Assembly (NCBI GenBank): GCA_032718475.1
Contig: JAUCBJ010008780.1
Location: 19,270 to 83,269, forward strand
Length of the DNA: 64,000 nucleotides
DNA from: Nemertoderma westbladi
Lineage: Eukaryota > Animalia > Xenacoelomorpha
Direction: 5' to 3'
The notes below the pieces were generated by a model. That model worked only from the letters and a program-made list of their open reading frames with translations. It did not search any database and was not told the DNA's origin. Position numbers and translations under genes: made by a program. Numbering within the stretch: position 1 is the stretch's first letter; every line of letters starts with the position of its first letter. Positions 36,850 through 47,829 of the stretch are shown in pieces.

Positions 36850-37608
36850 TTATCTTCTGCACTGTCTCGCATTAACTGTACGACTGTTACTGTTCATAAT
36901 CCTAGGTAGATATACAACAGTTGCTGGAGATATAACTTTTCCATTCCCTACTCTGATTTTCTGTCCATTTTCATTGTCATTCTCCTCTGATGCTTCCTCA
37001 CTGTCATCGCTTCCCTCCTTTGATTCTTCCTCACTGTCATCGCTACTCTCCTCCGATTCATCCTCATCACTCTCATTTCCTTCATTATCACTCTCCTTAT
37101 GCGAATGTTTCTGCATTTCATTCAATTGTCTAATTATTTTCTGCAATTTATTTTTATTTCCTAATACATGTCTTAATATCTCCTCATTATCTGAGTCATT
37201 ATCCTCACCACTTTCATGTTCCTCGACTTCTTTCTCGCTCTCATTTTCTTCACCACCACTCTCATTTTCTTCTTTCTCTATCTCACTCTCCGTTTCATCA
37301 TTCTCACTTTCCTCTGATTTATTCTCTTCCTCACTCTCATCGTCCTTTTCACTATGTGGCTGTTTCTGTATATTCTTCAAAATATTCATGATTTTCTCGA
37401 ATTTATGTTTCATCATTTGTTTAATCTCTAGAAAATCACTCTCAACTCTCTTTTTGTTTTCTTCTTCACTAAAAATATCATCATTATTTTTTAATTTCTT
37501 TGGTAATGGTTCCATTACACCTTCCTTTCTATGTATACTCATATGACGGGATATACTGTCTCGTCTCATTTCTTTATTACAAACCAAACATCTTTCATAG
37601 CTAGGCAT
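36850..37608 (-). CDS. 252-aa protein with N-terminal C2H2-like finger and acidic low-complexity repeats
   Basis: CLVCNKEMRRDSISRHMSIH; intact ATG ORF downstream of a TATA box and Inr-like motif. Confidence 0.7.
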   Translation of the reverse strand: MPSYERCLVCNKEMRRDSISRHMSIHRKEGVMEPLPKKLKNNDDIFSEEENKKRVESDFLEIKQMMKHKFEKIMNILKNIQKQPHSEKDDESEEENKSEESENDETESEIEKEENESGGEENESEKEVEEHESGEDNDSDNEEILRHVLGNKNKLQKIIRQLNEMQKHSHKESDNEGNESDEDESEESSDDSEEESKEGSDDSEEASEENDNENGQKIRVGNGKVISPATVVYLPRIMNSNSRTVNARQCRR

Positions 37609-37719
37609 TATATAGCAATGTCAATTGATATTATGAATTTTCGCTGAATGATTTTACAAAATTTTAAATAAATAAAACTTTTATGAAAATAAATAAAACT
37701 TTTAAAAATAAAAATTAGA

Positions 37720-37755
37720 GAATGAATGAGAATGCGGTGAATGGGGGCTTTTATA
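37720..37755 (-). promoter_or_regulatory. TATA box (TATAAAAG) plus Inr-like TCATTC
   Basis: CTTTTATA at 37748-37755, Inr-like ~25-30 nt downstream on minus; mirrored TATA at 36543-36550 (+). Confidence 0.6.
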
Positions 37756-37859
37756 GAGGGAGGCTAGAATGGAGTTGTGAAAAAAGAATAATCTATTGTA
37801 AACCAGATGTTTCTTGAATTTTTCTCAGGCGTATTTAACAATAAAGTGGGTGAAGGTGA

Positions 37860-38472
37860 GGCTGTGGTTGTGGCTGTGGTTGTGGCTGTGGCTGTGGCTG
37901 TGGCTGTGGTTGTGGCTGTGGCTGTGGTTGTGGCTGTGGCTGTGGCTGTGGCTGTGGTTGTGGCTGTGGCTGTGGTTGTGGCTGTGGCTGTGGCTGTGGT
38001 TGTGGCTGTGGCTGTGGCTGTGGCTGTGGCTGTGGTTGTGGCTGTGGCTGTGGTTGTGGCTGTGGTTGTGGCTGTGGTTGTGGCTGTGGTTGTGGCTGTG
38101 GTTGTGGCTGTGGCTGTGGTTGTGGCTGTGGTTGTGGCTGTGGTTGTGGCTGTGGCTGTGGTTGTGGTTGTGGCTGTGGCTGTGGTTGTGGCTGTGGCTG
38201 TGGCTGTGGCTGTGGCTGTGGTTGTGGCTGTGGCTGTGGCTGTGGCTGTGGTTGTGGCTGTGGCTGTGGCTGTGGCTGTGGTTGTGGCTGTGGCTGTGGC
38301 TGTGGCTGTGGCTGTGGCTGTGGTTGTGGCTGTGGTTGTGGCTGTGGCTGTGGTTGTGGCTGTGGCTGTGGTTGTGGCTGTGGCTGTGGTTGTGGCTGTG
38401 GCTGTGGTTGTGGCTGTGGCTGTGGCTGTGGTTGTGGCTGTGGTTGTGGCTGTGGCTGTGGCTGTGGTTGTG
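37860..38472. repeat. (GCTGTG/GTTGTG)n hexamer array, ~100 units
   Basis: Direct observation; inverted counterpart of 36210-36440. Confidence 0.97.
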
Positions 38473-38543
38473 GGGAGTGCCTCAGGTCTTAAATCAGAGT
38501 CTTACAAATTCGAACGTTAACGAACAAATTCAAACGTTACTGT

Positions 38544-38612
38544 TCCACCTTGGTGTAGTGGTTGCTTTGAATTCACATCTCCAATAGGTCGTGGGTTCAA
38601 CCCTCACATGGA
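38544..38612 (+). ncRNA. tRNA-like Pol III unit / SINE head
   Basis: A box TGGTGTAGTGG (38551), B box GGTTCAACCC (38594), T-arm GTGGG/CTCAC, acceptor TCCA/TGGA; anticodon arm degenerate. Confidence 0.6.
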
Positions 38613-39072
38613 CTTGACACATGGTGTTTTGGGTAGGGCTTTGTTGTTGAGCTAATGCATGCGTGGACTGCTTCATAAAGTACAATATGAAAGAATGCAA
38701 ACTATTGCAAGAGCAGATGTTTATTCTAATTTCTTGGATGAATTGATGTAATAACGAAGCTATAGGTTTGAATAATTTAAACTCTATGGCAGGTCCCATT
38801 CACGCAGGCCCCATTCACGCATTGATGTTTGGGTTAGTCATGCTACAGTTAATAAGAGCCCGAACAGCCACAGATTATTGAGGGATGACTCGGGGCCAAA
38901 CTGGGGCCACTTTATTTTCGTGAAAGGGTATATTTATGTTTTGGGCCTCGATTGCGTCTTTATATTTCATTGTAGAGTATAACTCAACAAGGGGTTCCAT
39001 GGGATGCTTAATCCTTCACGCATGCCATACCAAAAACTATGGTTCTGTTTGAAATGTTAAGGTGGACCTTTC

Positions 39073-39106
39073 TATATAAATAAAACCATGTAAAGTTAGA
39101 TCATTA
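39073..39106 (+). promoter_or_regulatory. TATA box plus Inr-like site upstream of the GTSF1-like ORF
   Basis: TATATAAA at 39073-39080, TCATTA at 39101. Confidence 0.55.
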
Positions 39107-39188
39107 TCTCTAAAAATATTAAGTGAGGTTTTTAAAAGTTTTTTAAAAAGTATATCTCAATAAATTTTGTTTTTTGTCTTTTGTTACT

Positions 39189-39491
39189 ATGGAATATTTC
39201 ATATGTCCTTATGATGCCACACACAGAATTCATTCAGAAAAATATGTTACGCATTTAAGAAAATGTCGTAAGAACTTTTCGAATCAAAAAATGGTTCAGT
39301 GTCCTTTTCAACCCGCACACAGCTTTAGAGAAGCTGAAAAGGATCACCATTTGCGGTTTTGCGAATATAGGTCCAGGAACTCAATTTTTCATATATTAAA
39401 AGAACAGAAAAAAGAAGAGAAAAAAGAAGAGAAAGAAGAGAAGAAGGGAGAATGTTCAATGGCGTGGGGAGAAGAGGTGTGGGATTATTGA
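39189..39491 (+). CDS. GTSF1/Asterix-like tandem CHHC (U11-48K-type) zinc-finger protein, 100 aa
   Basis: CPYDATHRIHSEKYVTHLRKC-RKNF...CPFQPAHSFREAEKDHHLRFC = two CX5HX9HX3C fingers with the CPY/CPF signature of GTSF1; acidic Trp-containing tail WGEEVWDY. Confidence 0.88.
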   Translation: MEYFICPYDATHRIHSEKYVTHLRKCRKNFSNQKMVQCPFQPAHSFREAEKDHHLRFCEYRSRNSIFHILKEQKKEEKKEEKEEKKGECSMAWGEEVWDY

Positions 39492-40046
39492 TCACATGGT
39501 GTTTGGGTAGGGGTTTGTCTTTGAGTTAATATGCGCGTGGACTGCTTCATAAAGTATAACGCAAAAGAATACAAACTATTGCAAGAGTAGATGATTATTC
39601 TAATTTCTTGGATGAATTGATGTAATAACGAAGCTATGGATTCAAAGGGATTAGTCAAACTGGGGCCACTTTATTTTCGTGTGAGGGTATATTTATGTTT
39701 TGGGTCCCGATTCGTGTCTTTTTATTTAATTCTACCTTTACCTATTGTATGGCAAAAATAATACAAATGTATGTATATTGTATTGCACAGTCCTATTGTA
39801 TTGTATATTTCGTCTGTTGTAGTACAATTTATTCATCGCGCGTCCCTATCTGATTGATTTGTATCAAATTAAATTGCCTTTGGCAACATTATTTGATACA
39901 AATCGATTGATTAAACAATTAATTAATTGTTTAATCGACCAATTAATTAATTGATTAATTAATTAATGACCTACTTAACACCCAAGGTGCGAAGTAGGTC
40001 CAACTGTCGCCGAGAGTGGCATACTATTACTACTGCGCTTATTTCT

Positions 40047-40165
40047 GTCTTATAACCTGTAAATATACTCATTCGTTTATTGTTTTGGTTAGATTCACCC
40101 CTTCTATAACCTGTGTTTTTGGTGAAAACCTGGTATTCTTCACATGGGGGTAACTGCAAAGTGAA
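40047..40165. repeat. Dispersed repeat, inverted copy at ~47600-47720
   Basis: GAAAACCTGGTATTCTTCACATGGGGTAACTGCAAA is reverse-complementary to 47602-47638; homology extends ~120 bp. Confidence 0.75.
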
Positions 40166-41929
40166 ATATAACGGCAGAAAGACTGGTATTCTTCACATGG
40201 TCCTTTAATTAACTCATATTTGGGTTTAAAAAGATTGTAATTACGGATTGGATTATACAAACAAATACGTACAAACAAATACAAATACTAATATTGAAAT
40301 AACTCATATATATTTAATTTAATTTGTTTAATTACTGTAAACAGCAATAACTGCCATATAGATAATATACCAGCACCAATAATTATATTTTTTATTAATT
40401 ATATTTAATTATATGTGGATATGTACAAGTATAACGCCCCGAATTCAATAATTATCCGCCAAACCCACCCTATGGATCCCCGCCCCATCTCCGAACCCTA
40501 ACCCTCGCAAAGACCGCCATCCACCACGGAGGCAGAGGGAGCTGGACTGGAGGAGCGCAAACTGCAGCCACCGGCAAACACCCCTGAGGACACATGCGAG
40601 GCCCCTTAATTATTTTGCACTTAGGAGTTCGTATTATTCCCACGTGTGGTGCCTTCCCGGCACGCCAAAATCTCCCCCTCTGAGTCATAGTTCGCTCCTC
40701 CCATCTTGGCATCGTCTACCCAAACACTACCCATGGTGCCATTCCTGGCTGCTCGCCCAACCTGATGATGCTCCCCGCGAAATCCATCGCCGGCTCCTCG
40801 TGCACCCAGGTCCGCTTGCCGGGTTTATCCCCAAAGGCCCTTGCCCCGCTGGCCGTCACCACTCTCCCGCCCACCCAGTCCGTATCTGAGTGGCCGATCC
40901 TCTCGATGGGCGGCATCTCCCCGAACTCGTCGCCATCTTCCTCCGTTGCTGGGAGTGGATCCAGGCCCAGTATCCCGGTAGATCCACCGTGCTCCTTTCC
41001 GCCTTGGCCTCCGCCCGTTACTCTCCACCCTTCCTGTTCCCTTGGTCTCTTCCTCACAAAATCACCCTCAGAGCCCGCTGGCATGGGCATCGCTTGCAAT
41101 CCCGATGTCGACTGTTTCGTTGATTCTTCCATCCATCCTAGCTCCTCCCCCAGAAACTCGCCCGAGCTGCCTGATCCCCACCTCAGCTTGTCCAAGTTCT
41201 GGGCCTCAAATTCGCAATCCTCTCCCTTATCCTCCGCCTCTCTCTCATCTGCCTCCCTCCTTTCTTGCCTGGCGACTTCTTCCAGTCGCTTCTCCTCAAG
41301 TCTATTCGCTTCTAGCTTCTCCCATCTCTTGTATGGTGTATCCACCTCCATGTCTACTAGGTGCCGGCTGTTGTACTACACCGACTCGCCCTTCAGCCCC
41401 GGGTGTTCTACCAGACCTTCGAAGGCCACCTTAAAGGCTCTTCTGTAGTTTAGAGGTGTTCCTGATAGCAGAAACGCCGTCGGCTCTCTTCCAATAACCA
41501 CAGCCATGAATAGGCTTAGTAAACCTATCATTACCCAATCATCCTGTAGGATATATCTCTTCTGATATATCTTTAATGCTCCTCTTCGGAACTGATACAC
41601 CTCCTGTTTCCCTGGCCTCGCTCCCCATTTCAGCGAGTTCGCCAGCTCCGCTCTGTACTCCTCCCGGAACTTACCCCAGTCCATCGGCTTGTGGCAGACA
41701 AGTCCCATGAGCTGGCCCATCGCCACTGCTTCCCATTGCCCACTCCATGCTCCTCCCGGAACTTGCCCCAGTCCATCGGCTTGTGGCAGACAAGACCCAT
41801 GAGCTGGCCCATCCCCACTGCTCCACAATGTCCTGTGTTCTGTACTACCCCCAAAGTTATTTAGTTTATTTTATTTTATTTTACCTATGTTACCCCTGTC
41901 TGTGCTATTATCCTATCTACCTTTCTACT

Positions 41930-42440
41930 TCCTTCTTACTATGTACCCTACTACTACTATGGTATGCCTACATACCCTTTACTTTCTTACTACATGGCGC
42001 TCTCGGTGCCCAAAACTTCTAACTTCTATGGTACTATGTACCCTAATACTGCTACTACATACATAATGCTACTACCTAATACCAACATACCACACCATTC
42101 ACTCTCTCACTACGTGGCGCTTTCGGTGCCCACAACCCCTCTGCTACTACCTCTATGGTATACCTACATACCATACCCTCTACTCTCTTACTACGTGGCG
42201 CTTTCGGTGCCCACAATCCCTAACTCTCTCGGTACTATGTACCCTACTACTACTCTCGTGGTATGTCTATGTACCACACTCCCTAATCTCTAACTTAACT
42301 CTCCTCTTACTCTCACTAATTTCTAACTCTTCTCTTACTCTTACTAACTTCTACTAACTTTCTAACTTCTTACTCTTACGGTACTATGTACCTCGCTACT
42401 CTCGTGGTATGTCAATATACCACACTCCCTAACTTCTAAC
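41930..42440. repeat. Pyrimidine-rich degenerate tandem repeats
   Basis: Recurring CTAC.TGGCGCT.TCGGTGCCCA and GGTACTATGTACC units. Confidence 0.75.
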
Positions 42441-45400
42441 TACTTACCGAGTGCTACGTATTATCTACTACTATTATGTTCTACTTTCTCACTACTTATT
42501 TTATTATTATTTATTTTATATTTTTATATTTGTGTGGGAAGGGCGTCTCGCCCTCATTTCCACCCACCTCAGTCCAACATATTGGACGACTAAACATTAA
42601 GGCGATTCTTCCAGTAGGCACTCTCCCACAGCCCCCCTGTAGGTCCTCTTATCCTTCGCCACACTCTCCTTGTCAATTCCAACTCTCTAGGAATTGATCC
42701 TCCCTCCTCCACCACCCTAAAATCGGGTCTTTCGGTCGCCTTCTTGATTTCCTCATGGTCCCCTGGCAGCAAAATGCCACCCTTCATTTTGTCGTCACCT
42801 GGCGGTAGAATGAAAGGAAATCGAAAGAATAGATAGAACAGAATTGATAATACTAATCCTATCCCTTTCTACCTGTCTTCTTACTTGACCTCCCCCTTTT
42901 CGGTATGCCTCTCAACCGGACCAGCGTCTCCTCCAGACACTTATCCGGACATCTCACCGTCCACTCTTCTCCATCCTCATTGTTTCTAAGTCTTCTGCAT
43001 CGATTCCATTCTCCTCCACCCACTCCTCCATCCCGTCCTCATCTCCAGGACCTCATCCTTACTCGAGATAGTAGTTTCCACCATCCTACTCGGCCTCGTC
43101 TGTAACCCTATCTCCTCGGCCACCCAGTTCTCCACCAGAGTGAAGGCTGCTCCGCTGTCGACCAGCATCAATGTTGTGACTGATCGGCTGCCCTTTCCTG
43201 TTATTCTCACTGGTACTACCCCGAGTAGTACTTTCCTATTTCTTCTTGCTCCCGTGGTGCTCGAAGCCATAGTTTGGCCTCCAGTCTCATCATATCCTAT
43301 CGGTGTTTTTTCACACTCTCCGATTCTGTGTCCTTCCACCACGCAGCGATGACATAGTCCATTTGTTTCTGCATAGGCTACCCGATCTTGTTTAGGCGAC
43401 GCTTGCCAATGCTTACAACTCATGGTCTTATGGGTTCCATCCCTATGCAATTGACATTTGTATCCTGGATTGTAGCGTTCCTTGTATAGTCCTTCACATA
43501 TTGCGCGTAGATTCATATCTACCGGTTTAGTGTTTTGATATTTGGACTTGGCCTACTGGGTATGTTGGTGTATTTTGTTTCTGTCCCTGCCACGGTGTGG
43601 CCCTACTCCCAGCTAACTGTGGACTAGCAGTCCCCTGCGTGGCCGCATGTGGTAGCGTCTGTCTCATTCTTGGGAATGGATCCGCCAGACTGTGAATGGG
43701 TTTAGGCCTGTTGTATTCAGCTTTTGGTGCCTTCCCCAAACTATCCTCACTGTAGACTGGGTCTGTAATCAACTCTGCCTCATAATTGAGGAAGTTCGAC
43801 ATTTCCTCTAGGCCCGGTTCCGCACCTTTCTTCTCCCGGGTGGAGAAGGCGAACTTCCTCCATTTGTTTCTTAGCCAGATTGGCAGTGCCTGCGCTATCA
43901 TGGTGATGTTATTTGAAGCGTTGAGTTCGTATGGCGCATCCAAGGTCTTTAGCACAATTAATGCCTTCTCAACCTTATTCGCAAAAGTCTTTATACTGAC
44001 AGGGTTGTTCTGTAGGCCACCCAATGTTATCCCCCTCAAGGTCTGCCGGATGATTTTGGCAGGGTGTCCGTATTCCCTGTCCAGGGCCCGCCATGCAGTC
44101 GTGAATCCGCCCTCGATACCTTGATACTGCCTTATGATGTCGTAGACTGGGCCCCCTATGTAAACTTGTAAATATTTTAGGCACTCCACCTGCGTCAGAT
44201 CGAATTTAAATGGCACCTCTGGCCTCGATCCTAGTCTTAAGTGCATCGACAATTGCCATTCCCATCGCCTGTGCTTCCAATGGGTTCAACGGATGCTGTA
44301 CAGACTCTCCTGTTGGGTGCGGTTCACCTGTCGGGCCTGTCGATTTTTTCTGTGTCGGATATATCATTGGGGGTAATGGCCCCCTCCATATCTCTGCATC
44401 GCACGATCTATTCTGGTCCAAGGGGTTCGGTGTTTATATTCTCGGCTGAGTGTATTGCTGATATTGTAATGGGGGAATGTCACCCTGCCCCCCCCCCCCC
44501 ACCGGTGTTATGTTTGGTACTGGGATTGATGTTAATATATTGGGGCCCACACACATATTGGCAATAACTCCCCCCTCCCCTGGGTATATGTTATATCCCT
44601 GCATATTATAGTCATACTGGTGTGCAGGTACCGGTGTAGGCCTATCCACTTCTTGCCTACCTACCAGTATGTACGCCGCAACTTCCGGATCTAATCCCGT
44701 TGTTCGCGCTACCCTATCGCCTACACTATCTCTTCCAGCATGGCCTATAGTATGTGCAGTAAGGCCTACAGTATGTCCTGCAGTCTGCCTGTGTCCTTCT
44801 GGACCGAAGTTTAATCTTCTCGAATATTCCAAGAAGTCCTCCCCATGACTACCGTACTCTCGATCGGCAGCTATATCCCATTGGGAAGTTTCTATTCGAT
44901 CCCCTCTCCTGTTTTCGTCCTCGTACCGGTACATTCTGTAACCCTTCTCCTGGTGTGTGGTATATCTCACCATGCTGCGTCTCTCCGGGGCGATGGCAAT
45001 CTCCCGGAGTTCGACTCCTGAATCTCTAACTCCATCTCTATTACCGACGGTTCACTGTCCGTCCTTGCTCTCCTGTGGCAACGCTTCTTCTATTCTCTTC
45101 TCTTCTTCTCTCTTCAGTGTAGCGATCCCCTTCGTGAGATCTCTCTTCGACCCCCCGGATAAACTCCACTGTTCTTCTTCCCTCTTCTGACTGGGCTCGA
45201 TGTCTTGTTGCTCGCACGCTCATGATGACAACCTCTCTCTCACTGCCCAGTTGGATGCTCCTGTGGATATTCGCAATCTCCCTACTATTCTACATTGTCG
45301 GGTGCCACGGTTTACCTAACTCGCCCTGCGCATTATCCGCCGACGCCTGTGGGACATTCCCTGCCCCCCCCCCTCTTGCCACTAATCTCTCATGGTGGGG

Positions 45401-45509
45401 TGCCCGTAGCCCCCCCCCCCACCCATTCATTCACCACCTTTTACTTCGCTACCTCCTACTTCGCTTCTACGCCCCCTCTCTAGTCGACGCACTATCTCTA
45501 CTCCGGCTG

Positions 45510-45900
45510 GGTCTACTCACCCTTGCCTTTCCCTGTGCGACTGCATGGCCTTGCAGGCTCCCATCGGGTTGACTCACCCTCGCTACTCCCTGCCTAAATA
45601 CGTGGCCTTGCAGGCTCCCGTCGGGTTGACTCACCCCCGCTACTCCCTGCCTAACTACGTGGCCTTGTAGGCTCCCGTCGGGCTCACCGTAATCAATTAT
45701 ATTATTACCTAAATTATTTAAATTATTTTGTTCGGAATTGTGGTTATTATTTGGATTACTTTGTACATTTAAATTATAATTATTATTTGGATTATTTTGT
45801 GCGTCTAAATTAGTGTTATTATTTGGATTATTTTGTGCGTTTAAATTAATATTATTTGGATTATTTTGTACGTTTAAATTAGTATTATTATTATTGGGCA
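45510..45900. repeat. 60-bp x3 tandem repeat and Asn-rich codon repeats within gag of element D
   Basis: PDGSLQGHV repeats and (N)n repeats in ORF 45467-45901. Confidence 0.8.
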
Positions 45901-47725
45901 AAATATTATTTCCTGCAATAAAAGTTTGATTAGGGTTGTCTATTACGGTACTATTAATATTAATTCCTTGTAACGTATTATTGTTATCCCCCCCCCCCCC
46001 CCCCCCCCCCCGCCCGTACGGTTACACCAGTCCTGGGCCTGTCGTCCGGTGCCTGTAAGTGGGGTGTTAACAAACGTTTCCGTTACTTCTGGCTCCTCGT
46101 AAACACTGCCCAAACCAGCCTCACTCTCCGATAATCCCAACTTCGCCAGTTCCAACTGGCGCTTTTGCTTCGCCTGGTATTGCATAAGCCCCCTTAGCCG
46201 GGTATGCATATCATCCCGCATATGCTTTCCCGCTCTCTCTCTCTCTCTGTCCTCTCTCAAACTCTGGTCGGCCAATTCTGCCTCTCTCGCAATCCTCTCA
46301 ACCCTCTTCGCCTCACGCTCTTTGCCCTCCCTTATTTCTCTCTCCGCGGTTCCCTCTTCCAGTTGCCTCTCCGACTCCCTTTGATCCAGCGCCACAAGGT
46401 CTAGTTGACACGCCAGAATGCTATCTCTAACACCCTTCTTGCTTTTGCGGAGGATGTAGCGGACTCATCGGTCGCGACGCACTCCCGTCGCCTCTCTGTC
46501 CTACTAACTTTCCCCCGCTTTCTGAGGTTCTTGCTCACCGACGACACCGAATCCTCGGGGTTAACCTTGGGTTCGCCATCGTGCGGGTCCACCCAACCCA
46601 CTAACTTAACTCCCCTAGCATCCACTAAGTAAGGCCCTACGTACACTACTTCAGGCTCCATTAGACCGGATCGCCACAATTCAAACAGTTCGGTAGCGAC
46701 CTCCCTCGCTCTCTCACTCGCCAGTTCTCCCTGTCCAAAACGGAATAAATAGTGAAAGTGTTTATTCGGCTCACCTAGCCTCTGATATAGTTTAGGCTGG
46801 TCTACCTTTCTCCCTTCTTTGGCCTCCTTAAGCAGTTTCTTGGTGGCGTTGTAGGCCCGTCGTAGCCCCTCACTCGTCCCGACGTCCTCTTTGCCGACTC
46901 CGCCTCCTCTCCTCGTCCAGCGTCGTACCGGCAGCCCCACTGTCGCCGTTCCGGTGGGCCATCCGCGCCCTCGGCCTGTGGCTGGCCAGCGACTTCGGTA
47001 CTCCGACCGCCGTTGTGCGTCGACTCGTCTCCCCCTTGTGGTTGATGGCCACCCTCAGAAAATACAAGTTAATTGTTACCAGTATGGCAGTGGCGGTCAT
47101 TAACTATGACCGGTCTGCACTGACTGAACTGAATAACACAACTGACCGGTAAAGCAGTAATGTAAGATAATATATGATTAATCACACATTAAATATTGGT
47201 TTACCTCCTACACTACTTTGGCCCTCTACCCAATGTATAGAAAGGAACTGTTTAATATAAGGTGTTCTATTATTCTATAATTGAGTCTATTTTCGTGTTA
47301 CGGAGCTATTTTTCGAAATTAAAAAAAAATTAACATTTTTTTTCGAAACGGTTTTTTTCCAAATCCTAGGGTTGAGCTCCGTTTTGTAGTTCGTCTTTCA
47401 GACACTAAAGTTGCAATAACTTTTGAGTGTGTGAATGGATTTTGCTCATATTATGTGCCTTACTTTCGATTATCTTTCAACGCATGTACAAATTTAAATT
47501 AAAATCAAATAAAAACTATTTAAACTAGAATATCTAAATGCTATGAAGCAAATAGACCCATGTACCGCGCACTTATCTTGCCTCAGTTTGCTTTATTTCT
47601 CTTTGCAGTTTACCCCCATGCGAAGAATACCAGGTTTTCACTAAAAACCAGGTTAGGCCTACATAAGAAGTGAATCAAACCAAAACAATAAACGAATTAG
47701 TATCTGTACAGGTCATAAGATGTGT

Positions 47726-47800
47726 TCCACCTTGGTGTAGTGGTTGCAATTGAATTCACATCTCCCGTTGGTCATGGGTTTGATCCGATCCTCACATGGG
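47726..47800 (+). ncRNA. Third copy of the tRNA-like unit (SINE-like)
   Basis: TTCCACCTTGGTGTAGTGGTTGC...GAATTCACATCTCC...CCTCACATGG matches 38544-38612. Confidence 0.55.
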
Positions 47801-47829
47801 CCAGGGCAGTTTTCGTTTCGGCACGAATG

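Larger units (their letters stand above)
35425..40034. mobile_element. Polinton/Maverick-like non-autonomous element with ~1.1-kb imperfect inverted arms
   Basis: Termini AGTAGTAA...TTACTACT. 35425-36565 is inverted relative to 37733-38965 and 39494-40034. No 6-bp TSD (CGCATC vs GCGCTT) and no polB/integrase. Confidence 0.7.
40430..47200 (-). mobile_element. Decayed BEL/Pao-related element D: gag-PR without RT, followed by repeat spacer and GC-rich extra ORF remnants
   Basis: DUF1759-like gag (43527-44252), zinc knuckles CHRCVVEGHRIGEC, protease LVDSGA (42986-43516), frameshifts at poly-C tracts; boundaries approximate. Confidence 0.72.

Noticed and set aside
36842-37546. 234-aa Ser/Leu/Phe-rich + strand ORF (likewise 22652-22996 and 40765-41448)
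   Set aside because: Antisense shadows of low-complexity ORFs on the opposite strand.
37807-38587. Poly-VA and poly-WL ORFs (also 36095-36491)
   Set aside because: Hexamer repeats are open in all frames; the adjacent TATA points the other way.
38544-38612. Functional tRNA gene
   Set aside because: Anticodon and D stems pair poorly; treated as tRNA-derived.
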